Of a stretch of 64,000 nt of DNA, positions 40,001 through 53,447 are shown piece after piece (within the stretch, counting starts at the first letter, position 1; each line of letters opens with the position of its first letter). Both the position numbers and the translations under genes were made by a program. The notes under the pieces are model-generated. The model was not told the DNA's origin and made no database searches. It saw nothing but the letters and a program-made list of their open reading frames with translations. Origin of the DNA: Cycas panzhihuaensis (lineage: Eukaryota > Plantae > Cycadophyta). The stretch is taken from NCBI GenBank assembly GCA_023213395.1, contig CM041465.1, forward strand, positions 171,933,741-171,997,740, given 5' to 3'.

Positions 40001-40456
40001 CATATATTCTAGTAGATGGACTTTACTTCATATGGATATTGGTATCTCTTTATTCATGTGTAGCAGTATTTAATACAACATACTTTTAAAGACTTGAGCT
40101 TTATTTGATGTGACAATCTTTTATATAATTGACTATAATAAAGGGGAATGTTGAGTGTAATATCCAAATACATATTACCCTATGTAATCTCTCTCTCTAT
40201 TTATTTGTATTTTTATATTAGAGATTTTAGGCTACATAAAGATGTATGCTACCTCTAAGTTAACCAATGAGGTTCTCTCACTAATGATGAGTATGTACTA
40301 TAAGTATGTATTTTTTTGTTTTCTCTAATTTAAGTTTTGGCCAATCCTCCACATATGGTATTTATTTGTATATATGTTTCATCTTACTTGTACTTTATTG
40401 CTTTATCTTTAACTCACCATTAGATGTTGTGTATATTTTATTTTCAATTCTTAACA
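37015..40456 (+). mobile_element. Non-autonomous LTR element, family C copy 1 (3.4 kb)
   Basis: LTRs 37015-37323 and 40149-40456. Decayed PBS CAGTATCAAAGCC, PPT AAAGGGGAA, TSD CTATT/ATATT. Absent from the 3' Tat LTR. Confidence 0.9.
37811..37835. repeat. (TG)n microsatellite
   Basis: TG run inside family C copy 1. Confidence 0.95.
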
Positions 40457-40616
40457 ATATTCATTCTACCATTCTAATTAATTTTGTATAATAACTTTAT
40501 AAAACTTAAGGATCCTAGTAATTACTACACTTCTTACACAAGTAGTAAGATTGTATTTTATATAATAGTGTTATAGACATATACCACTAATAGAAGTCAA
40601 TCATAATTATAGCTAA

Positions 40617-43600
40617 TGTTGGGTGTAATACCTAATTACATACATTAACCCTGTGTAAACTCTTTCTATTCTTTGTATTTTTATATTACAGGTTATGGGA
40701 CACCTAGAGATGTGTGCCACTTCTAAGTTAACTAATAAGGTTTTCTCACTAGTGATGAGCATGTATTATAAGTCTGTACTCTTCATTCTCCCTAATTGAG
40801 TTTTGGCCAATTCTCCATATAAGGTGTTCATGTTATACATACTTCATTTCTCTTGTACTTTATTATTTATCATTCACTGGCCATTAGATGTTTGTTGTAT
40901 AGTTTGTATTTCTAATTCGAACATGTTATCAGAGCTTAAGGTCCAATCCTTGAGGATACCATTATAAACCCTAGTACATATTATCCTTGTTTTGATCCTT
41001 TAAGCCTTATAAATTTTTTGATGTGCCTGCTTTATGACTTAGTCAATTAAAGGATCATTTCAGGTTATCTGAATCCATCTTATACATATTTTGTTATGGG
41101 ACTATTATCAAATTTTGAGGGGCTATTTTATATTAATATGACGCTACATTCAAGCCCATTTTAAAGTTTTGTAGATGTTTGAAGCCTGCTAAAGATGCTT
41201 AAGTGGACATATTCTATGCATGTGGCACCATAATAACATTACATGCAGGTGAAAGTCCACAACAATTTCTTATGTAGATTTCAATTACTAAATGACCATT
41301 TCCTTTACATATCAGTGGATAAGAATGCAATAGGAATCATTGACAGTAGTTGAGTGAGTCCTTCTTATTATCTAGAAGCTAGGAGTGACTCTATTTTGAA
41401 AGAGTTTACAAATTTACAAGTGAACAAGGTCATATATTTTTCTATTACTGATATGTACTCTCCTTATGTTCAAAAATTCTGTATTTAAGGCCTTTAAAAT
41501 CTAGCCTATATTCTTATGTATTTTTAAAAAAGAAAAATAGCCAAAGTTATCTATTTAGAGGGTGATAATCATGTCGATATTGTATTGTGATAATCATGTC
41601 AATATTCATTTTCCATATAAACCCAAGTACCTTACTAAGTCTTACCCAGAAATTAAAAGATATAAGTGTAGAGCCTAAACTCAGTGGTAATATCTTGAGA
41701 GTTTATTTAATTGCAAGGATAGTTATCATAAGTGCTATATTTTAGAGTATGCATTACTCTTTACAGAGGACTAAGCTAGGGAGTAGGTGCAAGTAATGTA
41801 TACAAGTTGAACCTATAAGGAATAAGCATGATATTGATCCTCATAATGATTTATCAACATTACAGTATTAAATCCTATAATATCATCTCTCTAAAGGGGA
41901 CCTACCCATGATGCCTTTCGTAGGAGGTATCCCATTAAATATCACTCTAGAGTTTGTCAGAGATCTTCCTAATGATTATGCCTAGCAACACGAAGATCCC
42001 TTAGTTCTGCAAATAAGGTAAAGCTGAAGAATTAGCACCTACAGTCTTACTGCACTCTTGCTACTCAACCTGAGTCTAACTCTGGTGATGATGAGGGTGC
42101 TAGATATGGCATATAACCTAAGAGCAAGAACTTCAATAAACCTTTGGCCTCTAAGCAAAGGTAGTGACCCTGCACAATAATGATGATGTAGATATGGCCA
42201 CTTAAATAAACAAATTAGATGAAACCCTAATTAACATTTAGTATTAACATATTTTGTGTTTGGTCGATTATTTTTTATAATTTATTTTTTTAATTGTGAT
42301 CAAATACTAATTTTTATTTAAAGTGGTTTATATTTTTCCATTTGGAACATTATATTAAATAATAGTTTTGGGTCCACTCAGCCCCTAAACGCTAAGTTCT
42401 AGGTCATATCAAACTTCCATATGACCTCTATCTAGTAGTAAAAATGGCTTAATACCTATTTTTAATTTTTTATAGAGTTCTCCTAATAGTTTTGATGATA
42501 TCTTGAGCTATAAGCATCTATTTTTAGTCTTATTTATTGCATTGGGGTTTATAATAGAGAGACCTTTCATTTGACAGGTCATTTGACATATTTTAGAGTT
42601 ATTTCTATAGAGAATTTTTAATTCAAAGTTATATGCCTATATTTTTTTTCATTTTTTCTTAACTTCTTTAGGCACATATTATATTTTCAAGGCTCTATGA
42701 TGTGGTTTATCCTAAATAAGAGGGATAACATATATCATGGTCTTATTTTTTAGCTCTTAAAAAACCCATTGAGTTCATTTTATACTTTGTTATATGAGAG
42801 AGAGTCATGTATGCTTTACTCAAGTTACATTTATCATTTTTAAGTTATGTAAAAATATATATTGTTGATTATTTTACCTATGGTGGCAAGTTGTATAGCC
42901 TAAAGAGATATATTTTAGCACATATAGCAAATTTAAGGCCATAGTACCCATTGTATTGCTAGCCATTAGATGCTGAAGAAGTGATAGTCCTATTTAGTAA
43001 TAGGCAGGATATACTTTTAAAGCTACTCTTGTCCACCATATAGCATAATCCATATGTCATTTATGTATATTTTTCTACTTACACTTCTATATAAGGAAGG
43101 GGTAAGACCTTTTTTCAGTTACTCTTGCTAGTTATAGATTGGTCCACATATACAAAGGAAGTTCCTACCCAACTAGTAGTTGCAGCAACTAAGGACCTAT
43201 GTATTCTAGTAGATAGACTTTGCTTCATATAGACATTGACAATTTTTTATTCATGTGCAACAACATTTATGATCTAGCATACTTTTGAAGACTTGAGCTT
43301 ATCATTTGATATAACAATATTTTATGTAATTGACTATTATAAGGGGGAATGTTGGGCTAATTATATACATTGACCCTATATAAACTCTCTCTATTCTTTG
43401 TACTTTATATTAGAGGTTGTGGGCCACCTAGAGATGTGTGCCACCTCTAAGTCGACTAATGGGGTTCTCTCACTAATGGTAAGTATGTATTATAAGTATA
43501 TACTCTTTATTCTTTGTAATTGAGTTTTGGCCAATTCTCCACATAAGGTGTTCATGTTATACATGGTTTATTTCTCTTGTACTTTATTATTTATCATTCA

Positions 43601-43647
43601 CTCACCATTAAATATTTGTTGTATAGTTTGTATTTCTAATTATAATA
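40617..43647 (+). mobile_element. Non-autonomous LTR element, family C copy 2 (3.0 kb), inside the 5' LTR of element D
   Basis: TSD GCTAA (40612-40616, 43648-43652). LTRs 40617-40923 and 43350-43647. PBS TGTTATCAGAGC 40924, PPT AAGGGGGAA. Confidence 0.93.
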
Positions 43648-44609
43648 GCTAAATCATGGATTAATAAAAGTTAGCTTCAATTATAATTATTAGAAATTAT
43701 TTTTATTATTATTAGAGACTAGATTTATTATTACTATTATTATTATTATTATTATTATTAGAAGTTGGTTTTATTATTATTAAGAAGTTAGGTTTTGAAA
43801 AGGTGATCAATTTTAACACCTATAAAAAAAGAATTATCATTCATTTGTAAATCATCCTTGGGGAGTTAATTCATTTAAGGACTTTTAACCAATTAGGTCT
43901 TAGGAGATTCTATTTAGCTTTAATTTTAGTTTTCTTTTATATTTATAGAAGCAAATCTAATTTAGTATCATTTCAAGTGGTATCAGAGCTTTATTTTTAG
44001 CATATCAAGGATTTATATTTTTAGGAGTATAAATGAAAGAATTAAAAAAAACATAGTTATCAATTTGAGTCAACCAAGCCTATTTTATAAATTTTGAGTG
44101 ATTATACCATAGGTTTTGAAGTAAAATTATAAAAATTATAAGGAATTTAGTTTTGACCTATTACATATCACTACCTTTAGGACCTAAAATCTACAAATGT
44201 AACTTTAGAGAACCATGAATTTAGCTATAGGTATCTGAATAAGCTCATTTTTTAAAAATCTATATTTCTTGACATCTACTTTCCATTAGAAGTGGTTTAA
44301 AATCAACTGGATATTATACTAGAAATTTATATGGATTTTAGTAAAAGATACTATTATAGTCTCCAAAATTCCTAATTGTGACCCATATTAAAAGGGCCAT
44401 AACTTCTTCTATAGGTATCAGAATTTAATTTTGTCTAAAGCATTAGAATATTTATTTGGAGGACTTCATTTTGAGGTATAAATTTAATATGCTTAGAAAT
44501 AATTTTATATGGTAAACATTAAGAGATACTCAAGTAGTCATTAGGAAGGTTGTAAAAATTAGAGCTTTGTTTGAGATTTAAAAAACTAGAGATAACCAAA
44601 TATAAGAGA

Positions 44610-46000
44610 AGAATGGATTAAGTTTTTTAGGACCTCTAAAATCTCAGGGAAAAAAATTAAAGAGCAAAAAGAAGAGATATATAAGCTATCTACTAAAGTA
44701 AATAACATAACAAAAATATTAACAACAAAGGATTTTGAAAAAAAAGAGAGCACCAATGATGGTAATGATAAGGACGAAGATAAAAAAGAATATAAAAGAT
44801 ATGAAGAAGAGGATTAGAAGGAATAAAAGAAATATGAGGACCACCAATAGCTAGTGTTTTTCCATAATCTAAAGATACTAGTCTATGCCTAAGATGGTAA
44901 TATTAAAGCAAATAAATTGTTAGTAAAACTAGAAAATACTATTGATGAACTCAATATTAGTAACATATATTAACAAATCAACTTTACCATAGACCATCTA
45001 ATGGTATCTATGTATCATTGGGTAATACTCTAGAAAAAGAAAGGAAAAACTCATAATTTAAAATATTTTATAGAAGCCTTTTAGAAAGAAATAGAAGAAT
45101 CCAAGAGGGATAACACCTCCTTCACTAAGGGTCCTCTACTATATATCAGTAATCCATAACTCATAATACAAATAGAGGTTCTCTACTCTAGAATAAATAT
45201 GTCACATAAAGTAAATATCATGATACAATAAGAGAAGGCTAAATATCAAATCATTTAAAGAGGATTTAATATCATGACATTACCCAAAATCCTAATCTCG
45301 AGATCTAAGAAATTTAAGCCTAGTAAGTAATAAACCTTGAGCTATTAATATAATAATTCTAACACAAGTAAATCCCTAAGCATTATACAAAGGGAGTAAG
45401 AAGGCAACAAGGCTAATGAAAATACACTCAATATTTACTACACATGTGAAAACCATTAGAGAAAAAGGAACTAGTATATGAAGACTAATGAGATCGATAT
45501 TGAAGATGATGATTGAAAAGAATGTAAAGAAGACTTAAAGGAGGGATAATCTTGTGATAAAGAATCAACCTATATGGAAGAAGAAAAAGCAAAGGATAGT
45601 CAATGTAAATCTCTCTTACCAACCATGTTAAATGTACCATAAGCTAATACCATCAAGCTCTTTGGTTACCTCAAAAAGGAAAAAGTTGTGATTCCCATCA
45701 ATCTAGGCAGTGCCCATGACTTAAGAAATACTTAGATAAACAAGAAATTAGGATTAACTATGAAGAGAGAGAAGTCCTATACCTCACATTTAGGAGGATT
45801 GAGCTTAGGCAGAATTAGGTACCAATGACTTTATATAGGTAATTACAAGTTTTTGATCAATTATTATCCCACTTGTATAGATGTATTTGATGTAATCTTA
45901 GGCATCAAATAATTACAAATACTTGGGGCTTATTCCTTGAATCACAATAGGAAATTCATCAAGTTTAGAATTAATGGGTAGAAATACTAACTAATAAGAA
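44610..46000 (+). pseudogene. Decayed gag-protease of element D
   Basis: YYTCENH*RK (zinc-knuckle-like, ~45436), TIKLFGYLKKEKVVIPINLGSAH (protease, ~45648-45717), FDVILGIK*LQILG (~45887). Boundaries are approximate. Confidence 0.7.
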
Positions 46001-49000
46001 GCCACACCCCAGTACTAAAAGTTTAAACTATAAGAGATAACATGAGGAATAATTGGGTTATTAGGGTAAAATATCAACCTACTAAGATTTGCACCTTAGG
46101 ATCAAAGGATATATTTGTAGAAAGTAACACAAAGAATAACTCATTAAGACTAAGTTAGCTTCTTTACTATAATATTCTTCCAAACCAACGAACTAGACAA
46201 GGAACATTTTGTAGAATAAGGGATGATCACCCAACTTAATGAGCTACCTCAAGAGAGTAACATATGTCATTATTAATGATTCATGGAAAAACATGTTTTA
46301 AAGGAGCAATAATTATTATGGACCTATACCACTAATGGAAGTTGGCCATATCTATAGCTATATCATAAATTAATAGAAGTTAGCTTCAATTATATTTATT
46401 AGAAGTTGATTTTATTATTATTAGGTACTAGGTATATTATTTTTTTTAATTAGAAGTTGGCTTTATGATTATTAGGAAGTCAATTTTTCAAAAGATGATC
46501 AATTTTAACACCTATAAATAGAGGATTAGTATTCATTTGTAAATGATGTTTGGTGAGTTAATTCATTTGGGGTCTTTAACCATTTGGTTCTTAGGAGCTT
46601 ATATTTAGATTTCATTTTAGTTTTCTTTTATATATATAGAAGTAGATCAAATTTATGATCATTTCAAATAGTTAGAGGAATACTGCTAATCAAGGTTTTA
46701 TAAAATGTCATCAATCAATATATGAAGGCATCATGAATATTGGAGAGATAAAAAAGAGTAGGGATTCCTTTCATTGACTTTTTTTTTTTTTTCCCCTCAA
46801 ATTATAAAGACTTTAAGATACAAGTCAATTTTTTTTATAAAATCTCTTGTATTGTAAAAGGAGAATTGCTAGAGAAAGAGGCAAACTTTTGAGAAGGGTT
46901 CATTTAATAAGTAAGGATTAAGGATTGTAGACTAGTTTTCTTTAAAGGCTAAACCATTTTGGTAAGAATATTGCTACAAAAGTATTTTCATCTAGATTAT
47001 AAAATTATATGCTTAATACTAAAGAAAATATATTTTGAAGTAATTATAGCACTTGATGTATGCTTTTCTTATACCCCTTTTTATTAAATTAGAATATAAA
47101 TTTCATATAATTAGATTATTATTCTTATATAAGGAGTTTTCTTAAGAAAATAACTTTTACTATAATGGCATGACATGGATGTTACATATATCCTTGGATT
47201 TTAACAACTCTTATGCTTTTAAGAGATTAGCCTTCCTTTATTATTCAGAATAATTTTCATTACTAGTGAGTATAAAGTGCACACTTAGATTTTTTGGATT
47301 ATATTATCCTTACCATGGTTGTTATATCATTTCAAAGATAAGTGGGTTCATATTAGTCTTCTACTTTTTCCCTATTGATAGTTTTGGGAATATTATTGAA
47401 AAGGATTGACTAATAGTGGTGTATTTCTTTAATACCCAAACTCTACTAAGAGATTTATGCCTAAGAGTCCTTAGCCTAAGTAGAGCTAGACATAAATCTT
47501 GGGAAATGATCTTTATAAATCTCCTTTAAGCTTAGTATCGCCATCTCAGAATTCTCAAGAGCATTCATAAAGTCTAATAGAGCATTCATAAAGTCTAATA
47601 GTGGGTTTCATCTATTTGAGTGTTCTTATAAGTGTCGTTGTATTGTGCCCTCCTCAAATATTTTGAATATTAAAGTATTACTAGTATGCATACCATACTA
47701 TCATAAGAAACACTTCTAATAAGTAATACCCTAAAAGTGGTGACTATAGTAGGGAAGGAAAAATAATCCATCTAACCTGATATCACTCTTTCAATAAATG
47801 AGATTATGCCAAACCATCACTTATAAACAACATTTTATATAAACCCATTCCATTTTTGTCTCATATCTTTTATATTTCATTTCACTCTATCTTGTTAACA
47901 TGGTATAAAGGCTAGAGTAGCATCTTAGGATGGCTTCCATGTGATCCTAAATGAGAAAGAATTTTAATAATACTTCGTTATCATTATCATTTCTAAAGGA
48001 AGGCATTATGGACCTTGAGAAGTTAGCTAAAAGTATTCAAGATAATATTATTTTAAATTATCAAGAAATTCATAGCACAAACATTATAGTTATGGCATAA
48101 AACTATGGTAATCATGAAAAAAAATTCAAAGGAGAAATCAACAATAAAGAAGAGGAGAAAATTAAAAAGAGGTGTTGATGTGGATGACCTATGACCCCTA
48201 TACCTATAGTGTAATCTCTATGATGTACCTAATAAAGCCTAAGATATCATCCCTAAGTTTTATGGAGATAACACAGTAAATGGGGAAAGATACCTTGAGA
48301 TGTTTTCCCTTGTGGGTAAAAAGTTTAACATTACTTATCTTGATGTCACAATAAGGTTGTTATTATATTCATTAAAGGGAAGAGCCTCTGATTAGTGTCA
48401 AATATTACAATGTGACTTTATTACTAGTCAAGCCATATTGATAGCCATTTTTGTGCTCAAGTACTTTAGCTTAAAATTTAATACTACCCTAGTTAGGGAT
48501 TTGTCTACTATAAGGAGAGGGTCTAAAGAGACACTCTCAATTTTCATAAAAGGATTTTAAAAGATGGTCAGATCAATTTCAAATACTAAAAGACATTCAA
48601 AGTACTCTCAACTTGAATGGTTTCTAAAAGGTCTTAATTATGAAATACATATGGTCATGAAGGGAAGATTTCCAAATAGTTTTAATCAAGCCTGAGATAT
48701 GACCTTGGAATTTGAAAAGATGATAAACAAATTTGGAAGGATAAATCTAATGACTAATGTAATACAACTAAGGAAAGAAAGGATCATAACATAGATCCCC
48801 ATTCTTAGGCTCTTTTTATAAGAATGAACAATGACTTACAACTCTTTAAAAGAAAAATTAATGAGAAAAAATCTCAAACACTAGTTATTATGGGGCATAA
48901 TATAAGAAATAGTTATTATGAGGAAGTAACCATAACTACATATGAAGATGTGTGGGAAAAGTCTCTCACAAAAGAACTACGCATTCATTTTAAAGATTTA

Positions 49001-49210
49001 ACATTAGGAGCTTATCGAGAGGAATCTTTATCTTCTTACTTAAATGATATGGTCATGACATCCTTTAGAGATCTTGAATAAAAATAAATAGAAGACTTGA
49101 ACATGTTTATTCTTACTAGGGTGAAAAATATTTGATAAGGAGGCCCTTATAAAAATTCAAATCAAAGAAATAATTATTCTAGGGAAGTCACCTAGGACAA
49201 TAGACCAAAT

Positions 49211-49747
49211 TATTAGAATATGCTATTTAATCATATATCTAATATTTATTGTTAATGACACAGATACATATATAATATCACTAATTAGATACATTATGAT
49301 ATGTAATAGGCATAGTTATTCATGTTAACATCCTATTAGATGATATAATTATTCTAGAGTAATTATAAGCTACTAATGAGGTGAATATTGTTATAAATAT
49401 ATGCACACATCACTTGAAAACTTGAGAAAAGAGATGTACTTAATCTAATCATAAGAGGAGCTCTAAAATCTATCTTCTCTTATGGTTTTTCCTACACTGA
49501 GTTTTCTATATATAAATTCTATTGTCTCTCTTGTGGTGAATTCTCATGATGCTTATTAATGTATGCTTTTATTTCACTACTTTATGATTCATGTTTATTC
49601 CATTATATGTGTACATTCCTTATAATATAATTTAGTTATTACATATGTATGTAATATTCTATTATATAAATACTCTAAATTCTAATTCGATATCAAAGTA
49701 TTTATATTTTCAACATGGTATTACAACTATAATTATAAATTCTATCA
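49211..49747 (+). mobile_element. Truncated LTR element (one LTR 49211-49715, PBS remnant, short tail) between Tat gag and PR
   Basis: TATTAGAATATG...TTCAACA followed by TGGTATTAC. Candidate TSD CAAAT (49206-49210, 49748-49752). Resembles the reverse complement of 60055-60560. Confidence 0.6.
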
Positions 49748-52700
49748 CAAATAAAGTCTAGAGAAATGATTAATAAAATGAATGTAGTGCCTAAGACTCG
49801 AGAAGCCCCAATTAAGTAAATGTCTAAAGAATATAACATAGTAAAAATTTTATAAAACTACTATATTAATATGAGTTTATATCAAGCATTAAAAATCTGA
49901 TAACAAAGGAGGAAGGTTTTGAAAATTTTTAAGCTAAGGAATAATAATGGCAATACAGTAAATATTATAGATGGAAAAAAATTGCAAATAACATATTCAC
50001 TTGCTAAACAAATAACCCTCCATTCGATATGTCCATATACATTTACGATCAACATATACTTTATAACTACAAAGTGGACATTGGTTCATCTTATAATGTA
50101 ATTCCCTATGCAATCATGAAGGAACTAAGATTAGAATATACTAGGATAGACCATTTAGTGAAAGCTTTTAATAATAGAGGATCTTTTACTTTGGGGTAAA
50201 TAAAAGACTTAGTATTGACTTTAACTTCTAATACAAGGGTTGTAGTCTTAAGAACTATTATGGTGATAGATATACCACTTATTTGTAGAATGTTACTTGG
50301 CCAAGACTAGGTGGTAAACACCAATGCAATACCAAATGTGAGGATGAAAACCCTTTTCTTTCCTTTGGGAAAAGATCCTATGATATTTCATAAGAAAGAT
50401 AGACCCCTTATGCATGTCCAAAGTAGGGAAGATAATATGTTGGTATGTTTGTATGGAGATAATGGTCTAAAAATTTATTCTATTTTTTCTAATAATAGGC
50501 CCTTACCAACTAGGGAGGAAGAGGAATATCTTTTATTTAGAAGAGTAAACATGTCCATTTAGACATCATATGTTGATGGAACCAAATAAAAATTTGGAGT
50601 AGGTGTTAGTGTAATACTCATATCCCCTCTAGGATTTTACTAACTTGGCCTTTAATTGTACTAATAACATAACCAAGTTTAAAGCCCTTATACTAGGTTT
50701 ATAAAAGGCCATATATTTGAAAATAAAAGAGTTAAATGTTATGGGAAATTTTGAACTCATTATCATATTGATAAGAGGGGTATATGCCACCATCTCTAAT
50801 AGATTGAAATTATATAAGACTAGGGTATTGTAGTTAATGGATCATTTTAATGCTTTCAATATTTAATATATTCCCAAAACAGAGAATCAAGTAGCAGACT
50901 CTTTAGAATTAGTGGCTTCACTTATATATGGGACAACCATTATCAATGTTAAGAAAGGATTATTAGAGGTTATCTCAAGATCTACTATACTGGACAACCT
51001 AAAACACTAACAAGCTTCTAAAGATGATGAATAGTTAAGGAGGTTCATAAATAGTAAAGAAGAATTTGTAGGATCATGTATTTATGAATTAAAACTTATA
51101 TCTATAAATACTTAAATTATATTTGATGAAAATATTTATTTTAAAATCATATGCAGACGCACTAAAAAGCTTCATAGAGGTTTAATCACCTTTGTAGATA
51201 CTTATAATCTTGATGATTTAGTGAGAGAAGAGAATCCAATTAGGCTTGAACCAGTAAAGAGGAACTTGGAAAAAGCGGTATCTTATAATATTAATTCTTT
51301 AAAAAATCCTAAGAATATATTATTAAAGGAAACTTATACTTAAGATGAAGTCAATGATATTCTCTTATTATATAAAGAATTCCAAGATGTATTTGCTTGG
51401 ACCTATGATGATCTAAAGGGATTTGACCCCCAAGTTATACAATATAAGATTCCTTTGAAAGATGGGATAAAACCTTTTAAGTAGAAGTAAATATAACTTA
51501 ATCCAAAATTAAGACAACTTATATGGAAAAAAATCCAAAAGTTAAAGGATGCAGATATCATCTACCCTATTAGATGTTTTGAATGGGTGGTTAACTTAGT
51601 ACCTATTAGAAAAAAGAATGGTGAGACAAGGCTTTATGTCAATTTTTAAAATTTATATAGAATCTAATTATGGGATAATTATCCCTTATCTAGAATGGAG
51701 TAGCTACTATAAATAGTCATAAGCTCAGGGTTGATATCCCTATTATATGAGTTTTCTAGCTATAATCATATTTTTTGTGATAAGAATGACCAATATAAGA
51801 TAATTTTCACTACACTTTGGATGACCTTTATCTATAAGAAAATGCCATTTGGTCTAGCAAATATTAGAGCCAATTTTTAGAGGGCTATAAACCAAGCATT
51901 TAAGGGGTTAGAATTTCTCATCATAGTGATCTACCTAGATGATATTATATTTCTTTTAACAGATAGAATAGATCACGTGAATCATTTAAGATAGGTTTTT
52001 AAAGGATATTAAAAGTTTAACATCTCTTTAAACCCAAAGAAGACTATTTTTAGGGTCACTAAAGGTAAATTAATGGGATATATGGTCATACTAGAAGGTA
52101 CTTTTATCAACTTAGATAGAGTAAAAGATATTCAAAAGTTGCCTTTACCTTCCCATAAGAAAGCTTTATAATATTTCTTTAACAAAATAATTTTTTTAAG
52201 GAGATTTATCTCATATTTCACTAGGATAACTCTCCCTCTCATCAAATTATTGAAAAAGGATATATTATTCAAATGGGATTCAACCATTAAAACTACTTTT
52301 AATAAAATCAAATAAGCCATAATATAAGACCTAATGTTAGTTTCATCGAATTTTAACAAAGCTTTTGCCATTTACTCCTATGCATCTAAAGGGTCTCATG
52401 TGGGCATCCTACTCTAAAAGAATGATCAAAATGAGGATCAACTTATAACTTTCCTTAGTAAAATCCTGAAGGCATATCAATCAAAATATACTCCTTTAGA
52501 AAAGCAAACATACATACTAGTTGAAGTTATAAAAGATTTTAGATATTATATATCGCATAATCACACCATATCCTATGTCTCCATGTCTTTTATAAAAAGC
52601 TTATTAATGGATTAAAATCCTCATGGGACATGGGAAAAATGGTTATCTAAGATTCAAGAGTTTAATTTGGAAATTAAACCCATATAGTCTATTAAAGGGC

Positions 52701-53447
52701 AAGGGCCATGTCAACTGATAACTAAGTTAGGACGACCAAATCTATTAGAATTAGAGTAAAAGTAGAATTTAGGTGATGAAATATAGTGAGTGCTATAGGA
52801 GAAAAGTATGAAGGTTTTTCTCCCTTGTTACAAGATATCAAATTTTACCTATAAAATTGTGAATTCCCTTCTTATTTAGATAGGAGAAGGTGCAAAACGC
52901 TAAGAATAAAAGCAAACCTATACATGTTAATCTAAGGGGATTTGTAGTAAAGAAATTTTAATGGTATGTTAGTTGCTTGATAGTAGCAAAAACACAAGAT
53001 ACCATTGAAAATTCCATGTTATGATGTACAGAGGGCATTTTCTTATTAATGCTACTACTCATTAGATTCTAAGGGCCAGTTTCTATTGGCCTACTATATT
53101 TTGTAATGCTTATTTGAAGGTTAGGAATTAAAAAACATGTCAAAAGTTTATAGGTAAGTAAAAGTTAAGTGCCATGCCTTTGAAGATAACATGCATAGAT
53201 CAACTTTTTAAAATATAGGGATTAAACTTTATAGGTCCAATAATTTTGATGTCTAAAAAGGGGCATATATTTATTCTTATTGCCATTAATTATTTTATAA
53301 GGTAGGTCAAATTAGTGACTGCTAAAAGGGCCACTACCAAGGTATTTATAGACTTCCTACAAGAAGTTATCATACCTAGATTTGGTGTCCCATCCTTTTT
53401 GGTTTATGATAATGCTATAATATTTACATCAAATAAAAAGAACAAAT

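Larger units (their letters stand above)
40569..46666 (+). mobile_element. Non-autonomous gypsy-derived element D (gag plus protease only, ~3.1 kb native)
   Basis: TSD AATAG (40564-40568, 46667-46671). 5' LTR 40569-43975 (split by C copy 2), 3' LTR 46314-46666. Perfect PBS TGGTATCAGAGC 43978-43989. Confidence 0.9.
32474..47728 (+). repeat. 5' LTR of Tat element (native ~5705 bp after removing 37015-40456, 40569-46666 and their TSDs)
   Basis: Continuous homology to 55744-62591 on both sides of the insertions. Confidence 0.9.

Noticed and set aside
40740-40800. Possible hammerhead ribozyme (retrozyme) in family C LTRs (..GTGATGAG..)
   Set aside because: There is no CTGANGA core with a downstream GAAA and closing stems, and the motif is not conserved among the six LTR copies.
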